A stretch of DNA of 64,000 bases from contig JBBISL010000004.1 in NCBI GenBank assembly GCA_037441285.1, positions 1 to 64,000 on the forward strand. Direction: 5' to 3'. Each line of letters begins with the position of its first letter. The stretch's first letter is position 1. The DNA is from a candidate division WOR-3 bacterium (GTDB lineage Bacteria; Hydrothermota; Tepidihabitantia; Tepidihabitantales; Tepidihabitantaceae). Shown here piece after piece: positions 1-10,163 of this stretch. A model generated the notes under the pieces. The model made no database searches. It saw only the letters and a list, made by a program, of their open reading frames with translations, and was not told the DNA's origin. Position numbers and translations under genes: made by a program.

Positions 1-787
1 GGCTAAAAGGTTTTGTGGAGTCGGAAAATGCTCCAACGAGAATCTTGGTAATCTGCGGTGTAATGCAAAGGGAGAAAATTTCATGCTTCAAAGGATAGTA
101 CGCTACACCAACCCGCAACATCCGGGGTAACGGGTCCGACTCACCAGAAGAGGTGTAAGAAATGTTCGGACCAAGGTTTGCCACAGCCAATCCCACAGAT
201 AGAAAATCAAACGGTTTGTAAAGGGCACCGGCATCAAACGCCCAGGTAATGCCGGTTCCACCTTGCTCAATGCCCAGTTCGGGCATCGCTTTCCATACCC
301 AATCAGGAACCAAAAAAGAGTAGATTAACTTGGCAGACAATCCCACACCTAAATTGGGCAAAACCGGAAACCCATAAGCCAGCGTTGGCGCTAAATCAAA
401 AGTTGTGTATCGACCAAGAAAATCACCCCGCTCGTTTATTACATCGGTTTCGCCCGTTGTAAGATAAATAATATTCAACCCTGCAGTTCCCCGCTCCTGA
501 AGACTGTGCGCCACACCCAGATACTCATAATACATTCCAGGCCAGAGTCCGGGTAGCCAGTTGCAGTGCATCAATGTTGCATTAGTTCCCTTAAGAAATG
601 CCAACCCACCCGGGTTGTAATAAACACTTGAGGCGTCATCGCTGATTGCGGTAAAGGCGCCAGCAAGTGAGGTGGGGCGCGCTGCGGGCCAAATCATTAA
701 AAACACCGCACCGGGGTTCTGACTGGCATAGAGTCCTATCGGGCTGACACTGAGGAGCAACGCCAGCCAGATAATTCTTCGTTTCAT
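1..787 (-). CDS. porV: PorV/PorQ-family outer-membrane beta-barrel (T9SS shuttle-like); runs off the window start
   Basis: Hand translation from ATG 787 (SD AGGAGG at 795-800): MKRRIIWLALLLSVSPIGLYASQNPGAVFLMIWPAARPTSLAGAFTAISDDASSVYYNPGGLAFL...HCNWLPGL. The FL-I-P-AR / A-DDAS-YYNP-GL pattern is typical of PorV. Not in the ORF track because it is truncated. Confidence 0.8.
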   Translation of the reverse strand, partial: MKRRIIWLALLLSVSPIGLYASQNPGAVFLMIWPAARPTSLAGAFTAISDDASSVYYNPGGLAFLKGTNATLMHCNWLPGLWPGMYYEYLGVAHSLQERGTAGLNIIYLTTGETDVINERGDFLGRYTTFDLAPTLAYGFPVLPNLGVGLSAKLIYSFLVPDWVWKAMPELGIEQGGTGITWAFDAGALYKPFDFLSVGLAVANLGPNISYTSSGESDPLPRMLRVGVAYYPLKHEIFSLCITPQITKILVGAFSDSTKPFS

Positions 788-850
788 TGCAATACCTCCT
801 TAAACATAACTACATTAAAAGTATAAATAGTTACCTGCTACGGTCAACAG

Positions 851-3800
851 TTACCGAACAATCAGAAACTTATCCCGGACCGTTACACTCTCTCCTTTTC
901 CATCAGAATAAAAACTTTTTGCCCGCAGGGTGAACAGATAAACCCCATTGGGCAATAGATAACCATTTTCGTCTCTTCCATCCCAGGCAATCTGGTTGTA
1001 ACCGAAACCAACCGCGAAATCTCCCAGGTTACGCACTAACCTCCCGTTTAATGTGTATATTCGGATTCGCACTGTTCCTGGTTGACTGACAACGAATCCA
1101 AACACCGCACCGCTTTTTACCGGATTGGGGTAAACCGCGACTGAATCAATTTGAAGAACTGTGTTGAAAAGCGGCTTCAAAATTAGTTTAGCCATTGTCT
1201 GGTTAAGAAAGTTGTCGGCAACAACAACAAATAGGGTTTCAGTTGCATTGCTTAAACTCAACTCAATCTGCGCCCGTGCCATAGCGTAAGAACTGTCGTC
1301 AAATACGAAACGGTCGCTTATGTCAACAGCCGATTGTGGTCGATTGAGATAAAAATATGGTGCTGCACCCGGAACTGGTGCAATCAAAATCCCTGATTGG
1401 TCCCGGGCAATGATATCAAGTTGTAAATTTGCTGGTACAACAGCACTGTCCTGTAATTGGCGTCCCCGATAAGAAAAAATAATTTCGGGTCCGGTGTAAT
1501 CAACCGGGTTCAACACCCTGTCATTATATGGAATGGTATTATGAACCAAGCCAAGATTAACCGATTCGCCTTGAACCTGAGCGCTGAACCGACACGAATT
1601 GACAAGCGGTGCATAATAGCCATTGCCGGCAAAAACCGTATCCAGCGGCACACCGGCCGGGAAAATACCTTCACAATAAAATCTGCCATCTTTTAGGCGG
1701 AAAGACCCCCTTGCCAGTTCATACCCGGGAAGAAAATAGTTGGTAACCCCTACCGGTGATTCATAGTATCGATGCCGCAATGGACCAAAAAGCCGCCATT
1801 CAGCATCAGCATTGGTTAGTTCAACAATCGTACGGACCCGAAATAAAGTCCCCGGTTGCAGGGTATCAGGTGAGATATGCAAATTCTGAGTGGACATCGT
1901 TGGCAATTTGAGGACTGTTGCCGGGTCGCCAAAGAGATGATAACTCCGGTCTGTTACCCAGGCTTTAAAGAAGCAATAGCCTATAGTCCTTGTGCTTTCG
2001 GGCGGGAAAAACAGCGGCGTCAATAGATTACGAGCAAATACAAGATTGTTTCCGGAAGGTGTTGCGGTGGATGCCGCAACCGTTGCCACCGCCCCGCCGT
2101 TCATTCGAACCAGCTCCTCGGCGATGCATTCGGACTTGGTATCATCAAATCGCCCGACTGAACAACTTCCCAGAAAACAGAATGGAACACGATTTTGATT
2201 GACAATCTCAGAAACCCGGGCAACGGTTAAAACCTCTTCATGGGTAAGAGAGTAAGCTGAGCCATGACCAAAAAATACCCAGATTAACGCACCGATGTTC
2301 AACTGGCGGATAAGTTCGCTGTTTGCCTGAGGTTTACTTTTAGGACCAAGAAAAGGAAATTCCGTAAGATACACCTTTACTAGGTCCAGCTGATTTTCCG
2401 CCAGTGCAGCTATGCCTTCGCACTGCTCAATATGACGGAAACGTAATTCATCGGGCCGGTCCGGGTAGCGCTGGTACTCGTCATCGGCCATTAAAAGGAA
2501 CCTTCTGGTCCAGTATCCATTACTCCCGATTTCATACTGCTCCAATTTGTCAACAAATTGCCTGAATTCACTCTCACTTCTTGCACACACCCGCCCGAGA
2601 ATGAAATCCGGGCTACCACCTTCACCCTCTAAATCGGCATACCAAACATCCTGCGCCAGCGCGCTGCGGTCACCGGCATCAGGAATAAGCCCAAATCCAA
2701 ACTCATAAGCAGGAACACCCGGATGTTGTACTCTGTTGAGGTTGTTTTTATAATCGTAGGTACCATCGCCCACTAAAAGGGCATAAACCGGACGTTTAAT
2801 TTGAAAGAAGCGTTTAATTGCTCCGGGCTCCTCCAGACCAAAACCGAAGTCGTCGTAAATCTCCTGAAGATTAACCACCCGAACCCGGGCATTGGGAACA
2901 CCCGCAACCCGATTGGAACGAAACCGCGCCAGTTCCTGTGCCGACTGCATTAATTCTGGCGGCGTTACTATCCAGTAATCAGCCAAAAATGTTTCACTCC
3001 ATAGAAAACCGGGTGTTTTCAGTTCCATAACTTTGGGTTTCAAAAACTGCTCCGGGGTCGCAACAACAAATTCGGTCCATCCCTGCAACCGTCGGCTGAA
3101 CACCACACTGTCACCCCGTTTTTCCAATCCTAAACACACCGCCGGAGCGTAAGGGTCAGTTACATCAAGAACAACCGGCACCGTGCTCGCATCCTGAATT
3201 AAAAATCGGCAGTCGCCTACCGTATCAACAAAAAAGTTGGAAGGACCAGCAAACAGCGACAAGCGACAAAAATATTTGACCCCAAGATAGTCAAGATAAA
3301 CCTTCTTTTCACCGCTGCCGCGTAGTTCAATTGCTAATTGATTATCCCGAAAAGACACCGGTCCAATCGAGTCAATAGAGAAATCATAGGGGCTCGGGTA
3401 GGAACTGGAACCAAACTGAAAGTTGCCGATTGCCCTGCCGTTTAAGCGAATCGTTATCTCATTACCCGGCGATGCATTGTAAAGCCGCCCGGAAATCTGC
3501 TCAATCTGTATCGGATATTTAAGCCCAGGGGCGCAGGTGAATCGGGCAACTGAGGCATCCGCCGCTTTGAATATCTTTGCCCAGACCCACATTAAACCGG
3601 CTCGAGCTGGACACTCCAGGTCCAGTTCTTGATGCAACATAACCTTACCGGTACACAAAATCGGTGTTCCTGTGGTATCAGGACCAAAACCGCGACGCAT
3701 CCTCTTCCCTGAACCACTCCAGGTTAGCCAGTAAACATTATCCCTAATGTATAAATTTTTCACCCAGACCGAACATTTTTTAACCCAGTGGTCTGGTGCC

Positions 3801-4693
3801 AATCCATAAAAGAGTATTGTATCGTGAGGGTCAAACCTGCCGTCCTCATCACCGGTAACAAAAATTGCCACCGGTTGCAAAGAATCAGGATAAGGACCAT
3901 TAGGCTCGTGTTCCCCAACTGTCCAAAGGGCAAGTGCCTGCGGGTCTAAACCATTTATCGGCACACCAGCGCGAGCCAGCTCCGCTCCGGTAATTCGGTA
4001 AATGCCCGTAGTACCGACTTCAATTTTCAGCCATTGACGAGCACGGTGGTAAGGGTTGTTGGTAAGACGACTTGACTTCAACTTCCAATTCAACGCCTCT
4101 TCGCCGTTCAGGAGCATTCCACGAATAAGCCCATCAAGCGGGTCAGGAAAAGAATTCTGCTCAGGAACCGCCTGGAACCTAACCACCACCTTAATCTCAT
4201 CAAACCAGACCAATTTTCTTTCCCCGAGCCGATACTGAGCAGGATAAATCTTCAAAGTTATAAACCGCACATCACGTAGCACCTCTATCTCCCCAATCTC
4301 CACAACCAAATCCGGATACACTGTAGGGTTATCTTCTTCCCCAGCACGCCAGATTGAATCGGCTTCAAATAGAACATAAGGAACCCGTCCCAGGGTAAAA
4401 TTTTCTTTTACACCGCCCGTTTTTGTGTTGAATTCTACCTTTACACCACCGCGCTGAGGTAATCCAATGCGCACAACTTTTGCCGGCAGGTCATAACTGC
4501 CGAGAGATGCGATGGGCTCGGCATCAGGAAACTCAACCCGGCTCCAATTACCATCTTCGCTTTGCACCAGTTCCCCGGGTTGATAAACAAACGAAACCCC
4601 ATGCTCGTCGGAACTTAGAATCTGAATTTCCGCTTTAAGACTGACCGGGAATAAAAACAGTAAAAAACATATTGTTCTAAAATAGCTGCGCAC
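851..4693 (-). CDS. porU: PorU-like C25 (gingipain-family) cysteine peptidase/sortase with propeptide and C-terminal FlgD-Ig/T9SS-like domain
   Basis: Motifs LLVGDGTYDYK, FFGHGS (His), GSCSVGRFD (Cys), LFGDPA; C-terminal YPNP...IYTLNGRLVR...WDGRDENG...NGVY. Lies directly upstream of porV. Start placed at GTG 4693, just after the promoter. Confidence 0.8.
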   Translation of the reverse strand: MRSYFRTICFLLFLFPVSLKAEIQILSSDEHGVSFVYQPGELVQSEDGNWSRVEFPDAEPIASLGSYDLPAKVVRIGLPQRGGVKVEFNTKTGGVKENFTLGRVPYVLFEADSIWRAGEEDNPTVYPDLVVEIGEIEVLRDVRFITLKIYPAQYRLGERKLVWFDEIKVVVRFQAVPEQNSFPDPLDGLIRGMLLNGEEALNWKLKSSRLTNNPYHRARQWLKIEVGTTGIYRITGAELARAGVPINGLDPQALALWTVGEHEPNGPYPDSLQPVAIFVTGDEDGRFDPHDTILFYGLAPDHWVKKCSVWVKNLYIRDNVYWLTWSGSGKRMRRGFGPDTTGTPILCTGKVMLHQELDLECPARAGLMWVWAKIFKAADASVARFTCAPGLKYPIQIEQISGRLYNASPGNEITIRLNGRAIGNFQFGSSSYPSPYDFSIDSIGPVSFRDNQLAIELRGSGEKKVYLDYLGVKYFCRLSLFAGPSNFFVDTVGDCRFLIQDASTVPVVLDVTDPYAPAVCLGLEKRGDSVVFSRRLQGWTEFVVATPEQFLKPKVMELKTPGFLWSETFLADYWIVTPPELMQSAQELARFRSNRVAGVPNARVRVVNLQEIYDDFGFGLEEPGAIKRFFQIKRPVYALLVGDGTYDYKNNLNRVQHPGVPAYEFGFGLIPDAGDRSALAQDVWYADLEGEGGSPDFILGRVCARSESEFRQFVDKLEQYEIGSNGYWTRRFLLMADDEYQRYPDRPDELRFRHIEQCEGIAALAENQLDLVKVYLTEFPFLGPKSKPQANSELIRQLNIGALIWVFFGHGSAYSLTHEEVLTVARVSEIVNQNRVPFCFLGSCSVGRFDDTKSECIAEELVRMNGGAVATVAASTATPSGNNLVFARNLLTPLFFPPESTRTIGYCFFKAWVTDRSYHLFGDPATVLKLPTMSTQNLHISPDTLQPGTLFRVRTIVELTNADAEWRLFGPLRHRYYESPVGVTNYFLPGYELARGSFRLKDGRFYCEGIFPAGVPLDTVFAGNGYYAPLVNSCRFSAQVQGESVNLGLVHNTIPYNDRVLNPVDYTGPEIIFSYRGRQLQDSAVVPANLQLDIIARDQSGILIAPVPGAAPYFYLNRPQSAVDISDRFVFDDSSYAMARAQIELSLSNATETLFVVVADNFLNQTMAKLILKPLFNTVLQIDSVAVYPNPVKSGAVFGFVVSQPGTVRIRIYTLNGRLVRNLGDFAVGFGYNQIAWDGRDENGYLLPNGVYLFTLRAKSFYSDGKGESVTVRDKFLIVR

Positions 4694-4829
4694 CAGTAGA
4701 AAGTAGTTTATTCCAATATGCAGGCAAGTCAATTTTAAGAGACGCAGCCATCTCTTGCTCCTATAAAGGCAATTGAACTATAAACCCTGCTTGACTCATT
4801 TAACCAAAACTTTATACTCATCCTTGCAA

Positions 4830-5786
4830 ATGGCAATCCGTCCCAAATATCGCAACCTATTAAAGGCACTTCTTTATCTCTGCCCGGCATTGCTCATCTT
4901 GCTCGTCTTCCGAATTTTCCCGATTTTACTATCGATTCGTATGAGTCTTTACGATTGGGGTATGGCAGGACCTCGTGCCTTCCTCGGCTTGGCTAATTAT
5001 ATTGCCGTACTTAAAGACCCACTTTTCTGGAAGTCACTTCTGAATACGCTCTGGTATGTTATATTTGAGGTACCGGCAACGCTACTTCTATCACTTTGCA
5101 TTGCCCTGTTACTCAATCAGCGGATTCGGGGATTAAGCATTTACCGGACAATTTATTACCTGCCTGTTGTTACTTCCATCGTTGCGGTTTCGGTAGTATG
5201 GAAGTGGATATTCCATCCTGACCGGGGCGTACTTAACTATCTATTATCACTTATCGGCATCTCAAACATCCGCTGGCTTCAAGACCCCCGAGGGATTTTT
5301 GAGTTAATATTTGGACCAACAGTTGCCCATTGGCCCTACGCCTTGCGCGGTCCATCTATCGCCCTTTGGTCCCTGGTCTTGATGGGCATCTGGAAGGCGC
5401 TGGGTTACAACATCGTCATCTTTCTTGCCGGGTTGCAGAACATCCCGCAAACCTATTACGAAGCAGCACGAATTGACGGTGCCTCACGATTCAAAACCTT
5501 CTGGAAAATCACCCTGCCTTTACTCTCGCCAACAACTTACTATGTGTTGATTATGAGTTCAATCGCGGCGTTTGAAACCTTTGCCCAGGTCTGGATTATG
5601 ACTGGGCCGCCGCCAGGTGGTCCACTCCACACGACAAAAGTGGTAATGTACTACTTCTACGAAAACGCCTTTGAGCTCTGGCGCCTGGGTTACGGTGCCG
5701 CAATTGCCTTCATTGCGTTCCTAATAATTCTGGGTCTTACCATCTTACAAAGGGTATTTTTGGAAAAGAGGGTTCATTATGGTTAA
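4830..5786 (+). CDS. Carbohydrate ABC transporter permease (MalF/UgpA-like)
   Basis: Hydrophobic TM segments and EAA loop YEAARIDGAS. Confidence 0.9.
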   Translation: MAIRPKYRNLLKALLYLCPALLILLVFRIFPILLSIRMSLYDWGMAGPRAFLGLANYIAVLKDPLFWKSLLNTLWYVIFEVPATLLLSLCIALLLNQRIRGLSIYRTIYYLPVVTSIVAVSVVWKWIFHPDRGVLNYLLSLIGISNIRWLQDPRGIFELIFGPTVAHWPYALRGPSIALWSLVLMGIWKALGYNIVIFLAGLQNIPQTYYEAARIDGASRFKTFWKITLPLLSPTTYYVLIMSSIAAFETFAQVWIMTGPPPGGPLHTTKVVMYYFYENAFELWRLGYGAAIAFIAFLIILGLTILQRVFLEKRVHYG

Positions 5787-6597
5787 ACCCCGCAACCTGC
5801 CGGTGCATCTCTTATTGATTGTAGGTAGCGTCGCAATGCTTCTGCCCTTTTTCTGGATGGTCAGCACCTCACTCAAAACACCACTTGAGGCATTAAGATT
5901 TCCACCTACCTGGTTCCCATCGGTCTGGCAGATTTCCAATTATGTCGAGGTCTTCCGACAGATTCCCTTCTGGCGCTATCTTGCCAATACCGTTTTGATT
6001 ACCCTTGCCAGCCTGTTGGGAATTTTTATCACCGGCATTCCTGCCGCCTACGCCTTTGCCCGGTTTCGTTTCCCGGGACGGGAAATCTTATTCATGGGCT
6101 TCCTTGCCCTGATGATGATTCCCTTACCGGTTTACCTTGTCCCATCTTATATGATTCTTTTCAAATTAGGTTGGATTGACACTTATGCAGCAATGATTGT
6201 GCCCTGGATTGTTAACATCTTTTCTATCTTCCTCCTGCGTCAGCATATTAAACAACTACCACAGGATTTGTTTGATGCTGCTCGCATTGATGGCTGTTCC
6301 GAACTGTGGACTCTCCTGCGCATTGTTTTGCCCCTGTGCCGTGCCCCACTGGCGACAATTGCGGTATTCAACACCATCTCCTCCTGGAACTCATTTTTCT
6401 GGCCACTGATAGTTACCAACTCCGATCGGATTCGACCGCTCCAGGTCGGTCTCGCCTACTTCTCACGGGAACAGTCCACGAACTATACGCTTTTAATGGC
6501 AGCAACGACCATGGCGATAATCCCTTTAATCATCCTGTTCTTCGCCGCCCAAAAGCAGATTATCCAGTCCCAAGCCCGCGCCGGACTAAAGGAGTAA
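5779..6597 (+). CDS. Carbohydrate ABC transporter permease (MalG/UgpE-like)
   Basis: LFDAARIDGC EAA motif, WNSFFWPL; overlaps the upstream permease. Confidence 0.9.
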   Translation: MVKPRNLPVHLLLIVGSVAMLLPFFWMVSTSLKTPLEALRFPPTWFPSVWQISNYVEVFRQIPFWRYLANTVLITLASLLGIFITGIPAAYAFARFRFPGREILFMGFLALMMIPLPVYLVPSYMILFKLGWIDTYAAMIVPWIVNIFSIFLLRQHIKQLPQDLFDAARIDGCSELWTLLRIVLPLCRAPLATIAVFNTISSWNSFFWPLIVTNSDRIRPLQVGLAYFSREQSTNYTLLMAATTMAIIPLIILFFAAQKQIIQSQARAGLKE

Positions 6598-6655
6598 AAG
6601 TTGACAATCGCCCCTGATTTGTTACGCTGAATTAATTTAACGAAAGGGCTTGCTT

Positions 6656-6823
6656 ATGACTTTCCACATTTACCTTGAGGGAAATCCGGTGTATCGCGTC
6701 AACATCATCGCCGAGAAAATCGTTGACGAAGGTGCCAACTACGCCCTTTATGACGAAAAAGGCGTAAAGGTCGCCGAGTTTAAAAAGGAGAAAGTTTTAG
6801 GCTACGATGTGAGCGAATATTAA
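6656..6823 (+). CDS. Small hypothetical protein, 55 aa (MTFHIYLEGNPVYRVNIIAEKIVDEGANYALYDEKGVKVAEFKKEKVLGYDVSEY)
   Basis: Own promoter TTGACA(6601)-N16-TACGCT, SD-like GAAAGGG, ATG 6656 to TAA 6823 overlapping the xseB stop. Shorter than anything in the ORF track. Confidence 0.7.
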   Translation: MTFHIYLEGNPVYRVNIIAEKIVDEGANYALYDEKGVKVAEFKKEKVLGYDVSEY

Positions 6824-7068
6824 TCCTCAGGCTTAAACGGCTCCTCGGTAAAAACCCCATCCTTTTCTTTTATCAACTTAGCCACCTTCAATTCCGCGGC
6901 AGCGAGTTTTTCCTTACAGAGCCGGGCGAGTTTTACCCCGCGCTCAAACAGCACCAGTGACTTCTCCAGACTCAAACTTCCTGCTTCCAGTTCTTTGACA
7001 ATTTTCTCCAGTTCGGTGAGCGCTTGTTCAAAATCGATTGATTCAATTTCGCTATTTTTTCCCGCCAA
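6820..7068 (-). CDS. xseB: Exodeoxyribonuclease VII small subunit
   Basis: FEQALTELEKIVKELE...LSLEKSLVLFERGVKL..C...L..AE; follows xseA. Confidence 0.95.
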   Translation of the reverse strand: MAGKNSEIESIDFEQALTELEKIVKELEAGSLSLEKSLVLFERGVKLARLCKEKLAAAELKVAKLIKEKDGVFTEEPFKPED

Positions 7069-7069
7069 C

Positions 7070-8425
7070 TTAAACTCCTTTCATTTTATTTTTTACCTGA
7101 CAGTCCAATCTGCCATCGGCAACCCGCACCTTAACTTCATCCTCTACCTGTACATCATCGACCCTCATAACCACACCGCCATCCGGTTTCTGGCAAATCG
7201 CATAACCCCGGGCAAGTTGCGCAAGGGGACTGAGGGCATCAAGGCTCGCTGCTGCCTTTGTCAATCTTGCTTCGAGAGGGGTTTTGATGTTGGAGAACGC
7301 TTTATCCAGTCTTGAAGAAAATGTTTCCAGCATTACCCGCCACCTCATCACGCGTGCCGCCGGATTCTGACGATTTAACCGCTCAATTCTCAAATTTAAA
7401 TCCTGGAAGCAGGCGTTAATCTTCTGGTTTACTACCCGGCTTAACACATTCATAAATAACTCGATTTGGTATTGGGCTTCGCTTAAACGGCGGTGAACCA
7501 GTTCAAATCCCCGATGCTTTATCAAGGCTTCTATCTCCTGCTCACGCTCAAAGATAAACTCCTGTACTCTTTCGTTCATCTGGGACCACAAATCATCAAG
7601 CCGCTGCTCAAACTCTTCCCAGCCTCGTGCCACCACTGCCGCGGCAGCAGTAGGAGTTGCCGCTCGAACATCGGCAACAAAATCGGCAATCGTCCAGTCA
7701 ACCTCATGCCCGATCCCGGTGACCACCGGTACCCGGGAACTGGCGATTGCCCGGGCAACTACCTCCTCGTTAAAGGGCCAGAGGTCCTCCCAGGAACCAC
7801 CACCCCGCCCCACAATTAACAATTCCACCTCTTCGATGGTGTTCATATCCCAAATCGCGCGTGCGATCTGTTCTGCCGCACCTTCACCTTGAACCGCAAC
7901 TGGATAAATAAGCACCTTTAAATGGGCACGGTGTAACTCCAGAGTTCGCAACATATCATGAATTGCCGCTCCAACCGGTGAAGTGACAATTCCGATAACC
8001 CGTGGCAACTGCGGAATGGGACGTTTTCGCTCGGCTTTAAACAACCCCTCCTTCTCCAGTTTCCGCTTCAACTCCTCAAACGCCCTTTGCAGCGCACCCA
8101 ATCCCTTGGGTTCAATCGTATCAAGAATCAACTGGTATCTGCCATTTGGCACATAAACTTCCACTCGTCCGTGCCCGATGATAAGGTCGCCGTCCTTCAA
8201 TTGAAACTTCAACCGCTGCGCTGACTCCCGAAAACAAATCGCCTGGATTTGCGACCGTTCGTCCTTCAAAACAAAGTACAGATGCCCTGAAGGGTAAGCC
8301 TTAAAATTGGAGACTTCGCCCACAACCCAGATGTCGGAGAAGTCCGACCTTAAACGGTCGTCAACCATCCTGTTGATCTGATAGACCGAATAAATCTTAT
8401 TTGCCGGTACCGCTGCCATCGCCAA
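7070..8425 (-). CDS. xseA: Exodeoxyribonuclease VII large subunit
   Basis: GEVSNF..SGHLYFVLKD, RGGGSWEDLWPFNEE, GIGHEVDWTIADFVAD, TPTAAA, LARGY. Confidence 0.97.
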   Translation of the reverse strand: MAMAAVPANKIYSVYQINRMVDDRLRSDFSDIWVVGEVSNFKAYPSGHLYFVLKDERSQIQAICFRESAQRLKFQLKDGDLIIGHGRVEVYVPNGRYQLILDTIEPKGLGALQRAFEELKRKLEKEGLFKAERKRPIPQLPRVIGIVTSPVGAAIHDMLRTLELHRAHLKVLIYPVAVQGEGAAEQIARAIWDMNTIEEVELLIVGRGGGSWEDLWPFNEEVVARAIASSRVPVVTGIGHEVDWTIADFVADVRAATPTAAAAVVARGWEEFEQRLDDLWSQMNERVQEFIFEREQEIEALIKHRGFELVHRRLSEAQYQIELFMNVLSRVVNQKINACFQDLNLRIERLNRQNPAARVMRWRVMLETFSSRLDKAFSNIKTPLEARLTKAAASLDALSPLAQLARGYAICQKPDGGVVMRVDDVQVEDEVKVRVADGRLDCQVKNKMKGV

Positions 8426-8489
8426 TCATTTTCCTCAGGCTGAACCCTTGACCAATTTTCTTAAATACCAATCCGGTTTGGGTAAACCC

Positions 8490-9347
8490 TTATTTGCCGC
8501 TGTAATCGTAGAATCCCCTCCCGGTCTTTCGGCCCAGAAACCCTGCGGCTACCATCCGTTTCAGCAACGGACAGGGGCGATATTTCGGGTCCCCTAAGTC
8601 TTCGTAAAGGACCTCAAGAATCGCGAGGACCACATCCAACCCGATTAAATCTGCCAGTGCCAGTGGTCCCATCGGGTGATTCATCCCCAACTTCATCACC
8701 GTGTCGATTGCTTCTTTGTCGGCGACACCGGTTTCCAGACAGAATATCGCTTCGTTAATCATCGGCATCAGTACCCGGTTCGAGACAAACCCGGGAGAAT
8801 CGTTCACCACCACCGGTGTCTTGCCCAGTTCCTTGGACAGACCGACAATCTCTTCAACTACACCTTCGGCGGTCGCTAACCCGCGCACCACCTCAACCAG
8901 CTGCATCAATGGTACGGGATTCATAAAGTGCATACCGACGACCTTTTCCGGCCGTTTTGTTGCCGCCCCTAACAAGGTCACCGAAATCGTTGAGGTGTTG
9001 GTAGCAAGTATCGTTTCGGCTCGACAGACCGTATCCAGTTTGCGGAACAATTCGCGCTTCAGGTTCACATCCTCAGTTACCGCTTCCACTACCAGACCAC
9101 TTTCCTGACACGCTTCAACGGTCAAATTGGGCTTGATGCGGGCACGGGTTGCTTCCCCGGCATCAGCGGTCATCTTTCCCTTCTCAACCAGTTTGTCCAG
9201 CGACTTTTTTATCGTTGCCAGCCCCCGGTCCAGAAACCGCTGGTCAACATCAACCAGCACAACATCATAACCCGCCCTGGCAAACACTTGGGCGATACCA
9301 GAACCCATTGTGCCGGCGCCAATGACTCCAACTGTCCGATTTATCAT
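8490..9347 (-). CDS. hbd: 3-hydroxybutyryl-CoA dehydrogenase
   Basis: [47 protein letters not shown]. Confidence 0.95.
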   Translation of the reverse strand: MINRTVGVIGAGTMGSGIAQVFARAGYDVVLVDVDQRFLDRGLATIKKSLDKLVEKGKMTADAGEATRARIKPNLTVEACQESGLVVEAVTEDVNLKRELFRKLDTVCRAETILATNTSTISVTLLGAATKRPEKVVGMHFMNPVPLMQLVEVVRGLATAEGVVEEIVGLSKELGKTPVVVNDSPGFVSNRVLMPMINEAIFCLETGVADKEAIDTVMKLGMNHPMGPLALADLIGLDVVLAILEVLYEDLGDPKYRPCPLLKRMVAAGFLGRKTGRGFYDYSGK

Positions 9348-9390
9348 ATTGCCTCCTTTTTATTTAAAATTAGGTGACCAAAAACAAATG

Positions 9391-9993
9391 TCAATTAATC
9401 CCCCGCCATCGGGAAATCAACTCGACCAGCCGACGGCCATTTTCCGGTGTAAACCGAAACTTTCCGCCCGGCATCAACTCCTCAAGCGCCCCCGGTTCTT
9501 CGGACTTAAGCCACTTCCCAAAAGACAATGCCGGGCCGGTCAACATTATCCAAACACCCTGGTCAGGCTCAACAATCAAGCCGTCAATCTGACCTTCATT
9601 AATAATAAACCTTGCCTCGTAAATCATCGGTTCCACTCCGACCAGATCCAGCCAGCGGTTGGTCTCCTCTAAACGGCAAAAAATGGTATCGCCCTTCACT
9701 GCCGGTTCCGACATTGACAGTTTTACATCAACGGTTCGGGCATAACCCAAAAAATCCTTTATTTCCTTTCTGCCCTGTGCGACCACCCCTAAACCTTTGA
9801 CTTCTAAAAAAGGAGTATCGGTCCAGAACCTGATTAGCCGATTATCACTCTGCCGCCCGAGCCCTTGAACAAAACTCCGCACAACACCCAGCCCGACACC
9901 AGTTCGCCCTTCCCCTTTTTCGTGGAAAACCGGCGAACACGCAAAACTGATGAGTAAAAGGCAAACGATTAGCACCAAAACAGTTCGAACCAT
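9391..9993 (-). CDS. Hypothetical lipoprotein, possibly NTF2/SnoaL-like fold
   Basis: Signal peptide ending in lipobox SFAC; a GRKEIKDFL segment reminiscent of SnoaL-like domains. Confidence 0.55.
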   Translation of the reverse strand: MVRTVLVLIVCLLLISFACSPVFHEKGEGRTGVGLGVVRSFVQGLGRQSDNRLIRFWTDTPFLEVKGLGVVAQGRKEIKDFLGYARTVDVKLSMSEPAVKGDTIFCRLEETNRWLDLVGVEPMIYEARFIINEGQIDGLIVEPDQGVWIMLTGPALSFGKWLKSEEPGALEELMPGGKFRFTPENGRRLVELISRWRGIN

Positions 9994-10163
9994 TACTACT
10001 TAGTTTTATCAACATCTTATAACCTGTCAACATAGCCCTCATCGTTCATTACACCCGGCATCGAATGAATTTAACAGTTAAAAAGGTACAACAATCAGCG
10101 GTGCCTCTATTTTCCCCCGCTCCAGGTTTGACTATCTCAACTTACTGGATATTCTTACCATCT

